A stretch of 64,000 nucleotides of DNA from positions 21,307 to 85,306 of the forward strand of contig JAHFMX010000002.1 in the NCBI GenBank assembly GCA_023267635.1, written 5' to 3'. Every line of letters begins with the position of its first letter. Positions within the stretch are counted from its first letter, which is position 1. The notes beneath the pieces were generated by a model. It worked only from the letters and a program-made list of their open reading frames with translations, ran no database searches and was not told the origin of the DNA. Positions 9,728-17,445 of this stretch are shown in pieces. This DNA is from a bacterium (GTDB taxonomy: Bacteria > Patescibacteriota > Minisyncoccia > Phycocordibacterales > UBA5272). The translations under genes and the position numbers were made by a program.

Positions 9728-10399
9728 ATGAATAAAAAGAAAATGGCAGCAATTGCCCTCATCCCGACACTTGGTGTCGCAGCCCTCGCGGGTTCAGTAT
9801 TCGCAGCAAGTGAATCGACATCAACACCTTCTACTCATTCAGTATCGCGCCCATTCAAGGATGGACACGGTATGATGAACAACACGATCTTCACGCAAGA
9901 CCTCGCCACAGCACTTGGACTTACTGTTGCTGATGTACAAGCAAAGATTGACACTGGACAAACTCCAGATCAAATCATCACAGCAACTGGCATTTCAAAA
10001 GACACTGTTATGGCAGCAATGAAAACTGCTCGCGATACTGCAATGAAAGCAAAGCTTGCTGAAAAAGTTGCAGCAGGAACAATCACTCAGGCACAGGCAG
10101 ATGAAATGCTTACACGCATGACAGCTGCTCATGGCAAAGAAATGCGTGAACACAAAGGAGGACTTGGAGACACTAAGCACACAGAAGCATTAGCTACTGC
10201 ACTTGGTATGACAACGACAAATCTTCAAGCAGCACTTACTTCTGGTAAAACGATTGATGAAATAACCACATCTCTTGGACTTACAAAAGAAGCAGTGATG
10301 GCAAAGATGGAAGCCTCTCGCCCTAAGGACGCAGATGGTAATCCATTACATCCAACTCACGGACCACGCGGAGCAAACACAAAAACTTCTGCTCAATAA
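9728..10399 (+). CDS. Secreted protein with internal duplicated ~45-aa motif
   Basis: Signal peptide. LATALGLTVADVQAKIDTGQTPDQIITATGISKDTVMAAM is repeated as LATALGMTTTNLQAALTSGKTIDEITTSLGLTKEAVMAKM. Confidence 0.4.
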   Translation: MNKKKMAAIALIPTLGVAALAGSVFAASESTSTPSTHSVSRPFKDGHGMMNNTIFTQDLATALGLTVADVQAKIDTGQTPDQIITATGISKDTVMAAMKTARDTAMKAKLAEKVAAGTITQAQADEMLTRMTAAHGKEMREHKGGLGDTKHTEALATALGMTTTNLQAALTSGKTIDEITTSLGLTKEAVMAKMEASRPKDADGNPLHPTHGPRGANTKTSAQ

Positions 10400-10560
10400 A
10401 TAACAGAAGTTCCACATACTAAAAAGCACCTACAGGTAAGGTGCTTTTTAGTATGTCTACTATTTATTACAAAAAGATGATCAAAAATGTACAACAATTA
10501 CTTTTTCTTGAATGTAGCTACCATTGTGTATAGTTCCCATACTTTATATAATTAACACAT

Positions 10561-11619
10561 ATGGTGAACAACAAAATACAATTACAGTTTCTTGTAATAA
10601 TTCTTTCTGGAACACTTCTTTTGTCTCTCTTTATCCTAAGCCCTTTCCTGGCACCACTTGTGCTTGCGGTTGTATTTGCGGTTGTACTTCATCCAATATA
10701 TAGAAAAATAGTAAGTAGCGTCGGTAATAGAAAAGCTTTAGCTGCGGCAATTACCGTCTTTTTAAGTTTTGTTTGTATCCTTATTCCATTTATATTCTTA
10801 GGAAGTCAGATATTTAATGAAGCAGTTCAACTATACGGTTCTTTCACACAAGAAAATAACAAGCAAAATCTTATTCTTATAGTAATAGACAGTGCTGGTA
10901 AATTTTTTGAAAACGTTTTACCTGGAACTGGTAGTTTCTTTGTAAACCTTTCTGATAATCTTGATTTTTATATTAAGCAAGGACTTACTTGGCTTATCAA
11001 TCATTTGGGTGTAGCGCTATCAAGTATTTCTTCTTTACTGTTAGGTTTATTTATTTTCTTGATTTCATTTTATTATTTACTCTTAGACGGACCAAGCTTA
11101 GAGCAAGCAATCATTAAACTAAGTCCACTTAATGACGAAGATGACAAAATTGTTTTTAACCGCCTCAGTTCTGCCATTAACTCAGTTGTTAAAGGAAGCC
11201 TCCTCATCGCTCTTATACAAGGAATTTTGACAGCTATTGGTTTTACTATTTTTGGTATTCCAAATGCTGTATTGTGGGGAACAGTTGCTGTTATTGCAGC
11301 TCTTATTCCTGGTATAGGCACCTCACTTGTACTACTACCTGGGGTTATCTTTCTGTTTGTTGTAGGAAGTCCTCTTTCAGCTATTGGCCTTATTGTGTGG
11401 GGATCACTTGCCGTCGGTCTTATTGATAACACGTTATATCCAAAATTAGTTGGTAATAGTTTACAGTTACATCCATTATTTGTACTGCTATCTGTTTTGG
11501 GCGGTATCACACTATTTGGGCCAATTGGTATTTTCTTAGGACCAATAACAATAAGTTTACTGTTTGCCTTCATTTATATTTATTCAATTTTTATGAATAA
11601 TTCAAAAGTTTTAAAGTAG
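10561..11619 (+). CDS. AI-2E family transporter (PerM/UPF0118)
   Basis: 352 aa with about 8 TM segments and AI-2E family topology and motifs. Confidence 0.65.
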   Translation: MVNNKIQLQFLVIILSGTLLLSLFILSPFLAPLVLAVVFAVVLHPIYRKIVSSVGNRKALAAAITVFLSFVCILIPFIFLGSQIFNEAVQLYGSFTQENNKQNLILIVIDSAGKFFENVLPGTGSFFVNLSDNLDFYIKQGLTWLINHLGVALSSISSLLLGLFIFLISFYYLLLDGPSLEQAIIKLSPLNDEDDKIVFNRLSSAINSVVKGSLLIALIQGILTAIGFTIFGIPNAVLWGTVAVIAALIPGIGTSLVLLPGVIFLFVVGSPLSAIGLIVWGSLAVGLIDNTLYPKLVGNSLQLHPLFVLLSVLGGITLFGPIGIFLGPITISLLFAFIYIYSIFMNNSKVLK

Positions 11620-11827
11620 GAACAGATCAGAGTTTAGTGGGTAAATTTAAAGAAATATTTTTTATTCCCCTAAACAGGGAAATGGTGGCAAATAAAGATA
11701 CAGAAAAGATTGCACGAGTTACCCAAGCGTTTCTTCAGATGAAAAAGTTTGATATTAAAAAGCTGGAAGAAGCAGCTGAAGGAAAATAAGTAAGCAAATA
11801 AAATAGCTTTATTTCTTGTTTTATAAA

Positions 11828-12676
11828 CTATCTCGCGTGATTGATTCGAGGAGTATCATCTCTGTCAGAGGTGCGTTCTTCCCAAGAAAGTTTTCCTCGA
11901 ACTGCTGTCACGTCTGTTTCTTCAAGTTTCGCAAGAAATGCTGCGAGCATATCTATACTCACAACATCAATTAAGAAATATTCATTACGAGTATTTCTAT
12001 CTTTATCAATGTGGGCATAATTTACTTCTAGTTGAAATGGTTCTGTGATTCGTTCAGTTTTACCAGTGTCGTCTGCCATATCTGTTCTATAAAAGTGCTC
12101 AAATGAATTTACAACAATAATCGGATAAGGAACATATTGTAGAACTCTTTCTCGACGGTTAGCTTCAGGCGGTATTAAGTCACTTTTATTTCGATAATAA
12201 ATTAGAGCGTTAAGATTCTGGTTTATTGCTTTACTTATTAGTTCGTTTTCTTCGCTCCTACTTTTCTCTGACGAGAAGAGTTTTGCCACAGGTACATCTT
12301 CAAAATAGTGAAGACCTTGAATATTAATATTGTCATTCGGATGAGCCATCCCCGTGTCAGTCATAATGCGATCTGTGGCTCTTGCTTTGTCTTTTTTATC
12401 AAACCAAAAAACTGTTGGGGCTGTGATGTATTTACACTCAACGAAAAGTCTCACATTAAGTGTGCCTAACCAGTTGGATACAAAAGCAGTTACATCAAAT
12501 TTCTTCTCAGCAATGATGTCGAGCTCTCTCGGCTTGTCTGTAAAGTTATCACTGTAGTATGGACTAACGACGGCTGTCCATTTTTCGCCACGAAGTAGCT
12601 TTACTACACGCGAATGGAAGCCGTTCCCACTCTTCTCCATAATTTCTTCAACTGCTGTTTTTTTCTTCTTTTCCAT
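11828..12676 (-). CDS. Hypothetical protein with PD-(D/E)xK-like nuclease motif
   Basis: D..ELDIIAEKK...VECKY spacing fits a restriction-endonuclease-like fold. No other recognisable domain. Confidence 0.3.
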   Translation of the reverse strand: MEKKKKTAVEEIMEKSGNGFHSRVVKLLRGEKWTAVVSPYYSDNFTDKPRELDIIAEKKFDVTAFVSNWLGTLNVRLFVECKYITAPTVFWFDKKDKARATDRIMTDTGMAHPNDNINIQGLHYFEDVPVAKLFSSEKSRSEENELISKAINQNLNALIYYRNKSDLIPPEANRRERVLQYVPYPIIVVNSFEHFYRTDMADDTGKTERITEPFQLEVNYAHIDKDRNTRNEYFLIDVVSIDMLAAFLAKLEETDVTAVRGKLSWEERTSDRDDTPRINHAR

Positions 12677-12716
12677 ATGCTTCTTATCTCAATCTTAACA
12701 CTAAACTAAAAGGTGT

Positions 12717-12812
12717 CGTTGGTATCTTTGCGGAGGCATATTCATAGTCGCTCTTCGCTCCTTGAAATGCACTGCGCAAATTATGCCCTCGGTAACCCGA
12801 GAGGCTAATTTG
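12717..12812 (-). repeat. tRNA-3'-flanking structured element, copy 1
   Basis: Starts CTCCGCAAA at the tRNA 3' end, contains TTTGCGCAGTGCA, and ends GCCTCCGCAAAG. It holds nested inverted repeats (GCAAATTA/TAATTTGC enclosing CCTCTCGG/CCGAGGG). Confidence 0.5.
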
Positions 12813-12899
12813 CGGAGAATGTGAGATTCGAACTCACGGACCTAATAAAAGGTCGACGGTTTAGTAAACCGTTGGTTTAAACCACTCACCCAATTCTCC
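12813..12899 (-). tRNA. Type II (long variable arm) tRNA, Ser-like; the anticodon loop reads UUACUAA (apparent anticodon ACU)
   Basis: Reverse complement is GGAGAAT..ACGGT-TTACTAA-ACCGT-CGACCTTTTATTAGGTCCG-TGAGTTCGAATCTCACATTCTCC. T-arm and acceptor stem are intact. Confidence 0.55.
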
Positions 12900-12920
12900 A
12901 TATTGGTTTCTTTTTTATTT

Positions 12921-13006
12921 CCTTTGCGGAGGCAGAATGTGGTCGTGGGTACACTTGCCATTCTGCACTGCGCAAAATCTGGTCGTGCTCCGCACTCGCG
13001 ATTTTG
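12921..13006 (-). repeat. tRNA-3'-flanking structured element, copy 2
   Basis: Shares ctgcactgcgcaaaatctggtcgtg...cgcgattttgcggag with the copy at 54751-54833. It abuts the tRNA 3' end. Confidence 0.55.
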
Positions 13007-13093
13007 CGGAGACGGCGAGATTCGAACTCGCGAGGGATTTAACTCCCTGCCTCTTTAGCAAAGAGGTACGTTAGACCACTCTGACACGTCTCC
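13007..13093 (-). tRNA. tRNA-Ser (anticodon GCU)
   Basis: Reverse complement is GGAGACG..CCTCT-TTGCTAA-AGAGG-CAGGGAGTTAAATCCCTC-GCGAGTTCGAATCTCGCCGTCTCC. Long variable arm. Confidence 0.75.
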
Positions 13094-13289
13094 TAACGCC
13101 TTGTAAACTATGGTGTACCAAGTTTCCAAGTGATTTCTATACTACCATATTGAGGGTCTCTTCGCATCTGTAAGAATCCTCCTTCCTGAACGTCTCTACT
13201 GATATGAAACGACCACAAGAAGTGTTTTCTTTGTCGAGCAACTTTGCGCTGCTAACAATCATCAATTAACCATACTAACAGACATTTGC

Positions 13290-14321
13290 ATGAAAAAATT
13301 TACTAAACATTCTCTCGTGCTCGGACTTGCTCTCTCCTCAACTATCAGCTTAACAGGATTGTCCCTTTTTGCAGCAGGCCCAACGCCAGTAAATCTTTTA
13401 TCAGCAACTAACTTCGCCATTCTTGCAGGTTCAACCATAACCAACACAGGGTCAAGTGTGATTAACGGAGACATGGGATTAAGTCCTGGCACCTCTATCA
13501 CAGGGTTTCCACCTGGAACCTTAAACGGAACGCAGCATATCAATGATGCTACGGTTATACAGGCACAGAATGATTTAGTTACAGCATTTAATGCTGCCAA
13601 CCAAACACCAGTTTCTGTAGTACCTGCAGAACTTGGAGGAACAACAAAAACAACAGGCACCTACGAATCCGTAGATGGCTCATTTGCGATAACAGGAACA
13701 CTTACTCTTGATGCACAAAATGATCCTGATGCTGTCTTTATATTTAAATCAGCTTCTACACTCACTACCGCCGGGGCAAGTTCCATTGTTCTTCTTAATG
13801 GCGCACAGGCCTGTAACGTCATCTGGCAAGTTGGAAGCTCTGCGACACTTGGAACAAATTCTATTTTCAAAGGTACCATTGTTTCTTTAACATCTACTAC
13901 GATTACCACAGGAGCAAATGTTGAAGGGCGAGTGCTTGCACGTAATGGAGCTGTTACCGTAGATTCAAGCACGGTTACAAAACCAGTATGTGTTGCCGCT
14001 GTACCACCAGTCGTTACTCCAGTAGTAGTAGCGACATCCACTGTTGCCACAACAACAACAGCTACCACAACTAGTCCAGTGGTGACCACTACAGCCACAA
14101 GTACCCCTATCGTATTTGCAACCACAACAGTTGTTTTCGTTCCTCCAACAATCACACCTACAATAACTAGCCCAACGTTCACCATTTCTCCACAATTCCC
14201 AAATGCAGGAATGTCTCCTGAAGAAACGTCTCGGTACTGGGGCATCCTCAGTCTCGTTGTATCGTTATTCTCAGCTTCACTAGTAATTACACACCTCCAA
14301 AAAAGACAGCTGCTTCGCTAA
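13290..14321 (+). CDS. Secreted DUF3494 (ice-binding-like) protein with Thr/Val/Pro-rich stalk and C-terminal sorting signal (FPNAG + TM + KRQLLR)
   Basis: Signal peptide. DUF3494 signatures NFAILAGSTITNTG and GDMGLSPGTSITGF. C-terminal hydrophobic segment with a basic tail. A sortase gene lies immediately downstream. Confidence 0.6.
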   Translation: MKKFTKHSLVLGLALSSTISLTGLSLFAAGPTPVNLLSATNFAILAGSTITNTGSSVINGDMGLSPGTSITGFPPGTLNGTQHINDATVIQAQNDLVTAFNAANQTPVSVVPAELGGTTKTTGTYESVDGSFAITGTLTLDAQNDPDAVFIFKSASTLTTAGASSIVLLNGAQACNVIWQVGSSATLGTNSIFKGTIVSLTSTTITTGANVEGRVLARNGAVTVDSSTVTKPVCVAAVPPVVTPVVVATSTVATTTTATTTSPVVTTTATSTPIVFATTTVVFVPPTITPTITSPTFTISPQFPNAGMSPEETSRYWGILSLVVSLFSASLVITHLQKRQLLR

Positions 14322-14328
14322 GTCGTGT

Positions 14329-14901
14329 ATGACTACAAAAAAGATACTTCCAGTAGCCCTTATCGGAATACTCTTTCTCTCTGCTCTCTTTGTTATACAT
14401 GTTATCTCTCCACCCTCGCCCGTATCGATGACAACACGTCCTGGGACACCCACACGTCTTATTATTCCGAACATACACATTGATGCCCACATTGAGCAAA
14501 TCGGACTCACAGCAGATGGTGCAATGGACACACCCAAAGAAACAAGTAACGTCGGCTGGTTCATGTTTGGATCTCGCCCAGGAGAAATAGGCACAGCTAC
14601 TATGGCAGGACACTCTGGTTGGAAAAATAATAAGCCTGTAGTATTTGATTCACTTTCAGACTTACAAGTGGGTGATCTTGTATACGTCGAAAATACTGAA
14701 AAAATAATACATACTTTTGTTGTACGAGAAATGAGAATCTATGACGAGAACGCCGATACTATCTCTGTATTCACTTCATCTGACGGTATCCCCCATCTTA
14801 ATTTAATTACATGCAATGGAACCTGGAATGCTGAAAAGAAAAGCTATTCTAATAGAATTGTCATATTTACAGACAAACTACCAAGTACTGACATGCAGTA
14901 G
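14329..14901 (+). CDS. Sortase (transpeptidase)
   Basis: N-terminal TM, MAGHSGW histidine motif, LNLITC catalytic cysteine motif, and a downstream Arg. Confidence 0.75.
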   Translation: MTTKKILPVALIGILFLSALFVIHVISPPSPVSMTTRPGTPTRLIIPNIHIDAHIEQIGLTADGAMDTPKETSNVGWFMFGSRPGEIGTATMAGHSGWKNNKPVVFDSLSDLQVGDLVYVENTEKIIHTFVVREMRIYDENADTISVFTSSDGIPHLNLITCNGTWNAEKKSYSNRIVIFTDKLPSTDMQ

Positions 14902-14951
14902 TTTATTATAAAAATCTGAAATATACTGTACTCTTATACGTCATACATTAT

Positions 14952-15557
14952 ATGAAAAGAACAAATATACAGAACATCGCGATTATTACATTTATCGCTA
15001 TTTTAATTGGTACTGCAGGGTACCTCTTTTACGTGCGAAATGCTCCAGCTAAAATGAAGACGTACACAAACGTTACGTACGGTGTTTCTTTTGAATACCC
15101 AAAGGACTATCAACTTACTGAAACCACTCTTACTGAAGGACAGAAAGGAACAATGGTAACCATCCTTGAAAAAGGAGCTGACGTTCCAGAGGCTGGCGAA
15201 GGACCAACATCTATCTCAATCGGATTTTATGAAGGTACCGCAACCCCTGCTGCAAAAGAAAATACCCTTGATGCATGGATTAAGAATTCTCCATACTCAA
15301 ATTGGACGATTGCAAAACAAACAACCCCTGGTGTAACAGCTGTGGCTGACCAAAGCGCCCGACTCTACACATGGGACGGACTCTACCTTGGTACAACTGT
15401 TGTAACTCTCCACAAAGGAAACGTACTCATGTTTTCAGTAACATATGACGGTGAAACAGATTTAGAAAAACGTGAAGCTTTCACAAAACTTATCGCAAGC
15501 CTTAAGCTAACAGAACCAAACTCTACAGGAACTTCAACTGTTGGTGTGAGCTGGTAA
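14952..15557 (+). CDS. Membrane-anchored hypothetical protein
   Basis: 201 aa with an N-terminal TM. No recognisable motif. Confidence 0.35.
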   Translation: MKRTNIQNIAIITFIAILIGTAGYLFYVRNAPAKMKTYTNVTYGVSFEYPKDYQLTETTLTEGQKGTMVTILEKGADVPEAGEGPTSISIGFYEGTATPAAKENTLDAWIKNSPYSNWTIAKQTTPGVTAVADQSARLYTWDGLYLGTTVVTLHKGNVLMFSVTYDGETDLEKREAFTKLIASLKLTEPNSTGTSTVGVSW

Positions 15558-15631
15558 CACCTGTGTCACGCTGAAACGCAGCATGAAACAACAGAGGAAC
15601 GTTTATGGGTGTGGTATATACTAGGGGCATT

Positions 15632-15961
15632 ATGATACGAAAAAATACAAGAGAGTTTATTGAGTTTGTTCGCGAGAAAGGAGTACTCGGACTCGCAGTA
15701 GGTATTATCATGGGAGGTGCAATTACTAAGCTTGTGAATTCAATCGTAGAGAATCTTATCAATCCTTTCGTTGGAGCAATCACAGGAGCTGCAGGAAACT
15801 TAAGCGACATGTCCTACACTGTTCCCTACACAAGTATTATCTTTAAATGGGGAGCCTTTCTTTCTTCACTTATTGATTTCATAGCAATCGTAGCTGTTGT
15901 GTACTTTGTCTTTATGAAGACTCCTATTCTTTCAAAACTTGATAAGAAAAAGGAAGAATAA
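15632..15961 (+). CDS. mscL: Large-conductance mechanosensitive channel MscL
   Basis: MIRKNTREFIEFVREKGVLGLAVGIIMGGAITKLVNSIVENLINPFVG matches the MscL TM1 signature. The start was moved to the ATG at 15632. Confidence 0.75.
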   Translation: MIRKNTREFIEFVREKGVLGLAVGIIMGGAITKLVNSIVENLINPFVGAITGAAGNLSDMSYTVPYTSIIFKWGAFLSSLIDFIAIVAVVYFVFMKTPILSKLDKKKEE

Positions 15962-15974
15962 ATATCTGCCCAAA

Positions 15975-16012
15975 AATAACAAAACCGTCACTTGCGTGAC
16001 GGTTTTGTTTAC
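15975..16012 (+). terminator. Rho-independent terminator after mscL
   Basis: aaaaccgtcac-ttgc-gtgacggtttt followed by a T-run. Confidence 0.6.
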
Positions 16013-16044
16013 TCTGGTATTGAGTATGAGACGAGTGATGTTTT

Positions 16045-16650
16045 TTAATCCATATCAGTCTCAATTTTTTTCATGATAGCGAGCACTTCGTCTGGATACG
16101 ATGGAAGCACAGTTCCGTTGTAATAATACAACTTCTCTTTTGTAGTGTTTCCGGCATAGTAACGCGCGGTCTTAGGGTTTCCACCTCCAAGGTTTTTACC
16201 GAGCGCTTCAATAGCCTGTTCGTAACTTGAGAAGTTACTTAGCTTACAAGATCCCCAACCGAATGGGTTATATCCACAAGCTGCTTTACCCCCAGATGAT
16301 TCGCGAATTCCGATTGCAGGAAGAAGTCTCCAATCAAGACCGTACTTTTCAGCCACAAGAACGAATGTCATTCCTGTACCGTGAAGGGGCATTGAACGCT
16401 CCTTAAAGTATGTATTAATTGCATCTGCCTTCTGCTGTCGTAAATCTTCAACCGATATTTCTACCTTTGTTACAGGTGTCGTATCGAGTGAGCCAATATG
16501 TGAAGCTAGTGAGACACTCGGGATGGCCATAAATGGAACAAACGCGAGGATCTGGCTAACCTTATAAATGTTTTTGATCATAATTTCGGCAGTTATGCTC
16601 TGCCAACAGTACGTGGTCTGGAAAAAGAAGTGGGTAAAAATAAATACCAA
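16045..16650 (-). CDS. Secreted hypothetical protein (possible cell-wall hydrolase-like); alternative start at 16581
   Basis: Signal-like MIKNIYKVSQILAFVPFMAIPSVSLA. No confident domain. Confidence 0.35.
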   Translation of the reverse strand: MVFIFTHFFFQTTYCWQSITAEIMIKNIYKVSQILAFVPFMAIPSVSLASHIGSLDTTPVTKVEISVEDLRQQKADAINTYFKERSMPLHGTGMTFVLVAEKYGLDWRLLPAIGIRESSGGKAACGYNPFGWGSCKLSNFSSYEQAIEALGKNLGGGNPKTARYYAGNTTKEKLYYYNGTVLPSYPDEVLAIMKKIETDMD

Positions 16651-16812
16651 GCAAATATTTACTAATAAAAGACTATATTTACTCGGTATTGACTACTTCA
16701 CTCTTATGTTGCAATTGTAGCATACCTGAAACGACTTGTCAAGTAAAATACAACGATTTTGCCCTATTTGTCAAAAAATAGTCTCCAAAAAGCCTTATTT
16801 TATAAGGATTTC

Positions 16813-16840
16813 TTGCCAAAGCACCCAAAAATGCTAGAAT
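16813..16840 (+). promoter_or_regulatory. Sigma-70-like promoter (TTGCCA-N16-TAGAAT) reading toward the tRNA-Glu/GIY-YIG region
   Basis: The -35 and -10 hexamers are 16 nt apart. Confidence 0.35.
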
Positions 16841-16894
16841 AGTCAAATATTGAATCTTTTGAAGAAATTGAAGAAATGAGACCAATATGCCTTT

Positions 16895-16937
16895 GGCCCT
16901 ATCGTCCCTGCCTGCGCAGGCAGGTATCGGTTAGGAC
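16895..16937 (+). pseudogene. Duplicated 5' fragment of tRNA-Glu (acceptor + D-arm) interrupted by a perfect 18-nt palindrome
   Basis: GGCCCTATCGTC[CCTGCCTGCGCAGGCAGG]TATCGGTTAGGAC. Outside the insert it is identical to nt 1-25 of the tRNA at 17196. Confidence 0.6.
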
Positions 16938-16945
16938 AATCAACT

Positions 16946-17188
16946 ATGAATCACGTTTATTTTATTAAAAGTGAAATCAAGAATGATTGGATTTACGTTG
17001 GCTCTACTTCCAACCTGGAAAAACGACTAGAGCAACATAATAAAGGTGAAGTAAAATCAACAAAAGGACATAGACCTTTTACACTGATTTATACTGAAAC
17101 CTTTCTAACGATTGACGAAGCAAGAGCGCGAGAAAAGGAAATAAAGATGAAGAGAATTGAAAAAGAACGTATAATTAGATCACTTTAA
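16946..17188 (+). CDS. GIY-YIG nuclease family protein
   Basis: 80 aa. HVYFIKSEIKNDWIYVGSTSNLEKRLEQHNKG matches the GIY-YIG core (YIG, R, E, N). Confidence 0.7.
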   Translation: MNHVYFIKSEIKNDWIYVGSTSNLEKRLEQHNKGEVKSTKGHRPFTLIYTETFLTIDEARAREKEIKMKRIEKERIIRSL

Positions 17189-17195
17189 ATATCAT

Positions 17196-17267
17196 GGCCC
17201 TATCGTCTATCGGTTAGGACGTATCCTTCTCAAGGATAAAAGCAGAGTTCGACTCTCTGTAGGGTCA
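17196..17267 (+). tRNA. tRNA-Glu (anticodon CUC)
   Basis: GGCCCTA-TC-GTC..TATCC-TTCTCAA-GGATA..CAGAGTTCGACTCTCTG-TAGGGTC-A. The cloverleaf folds cleanly. Confidence 0.75.
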
Positions 17268-17303
17268 CCTTCAACAGCTAGCACGAGAAGGGTGCTAGAA
17301 AGT

Positions 17304-17333
17304 AAAAACAGCGTCTAAAAAACGCTGTTTTTA
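17304..17333 (+). terminator. Rho-independent terminator
   Basis: aacagcgtc-taaaaaa-cgctgtt followed by a T-run. Confidence 0.5.
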
Positions 17334-17445
17334 CTATGCTTTTTTACCTTGACTTTTTACTGCTTTTATGCTATTATTAAGTAGTCACAATCCGTGGCAC
17401 AATTGTTTCGGCAATGTAAACCGAGTTGAACTTTTACAATGGAGA

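Noticed and set aside
11073-11573. 166-aa minus-strand ORF
   Set aside because: Antisense to the well-supported AI-2E transporter gene.
11681-11788. 35-aa ORF MVANKDTEKIARVTQAFLQMKKFDIKKLEEAAEGK with an AGGGAA RBS
   Set aside because: Too short and without a recognisable family. It is kept as a possible small protein but not called.
13661-14245. 194-aa minus-strand ORF (and the Cys/Trp-rich ORF at 13965-14195)
   Set aside because: Antisense to the DUF3494 gene. It is a translation of the Thr/Val-rich stalk on the opposite strand.
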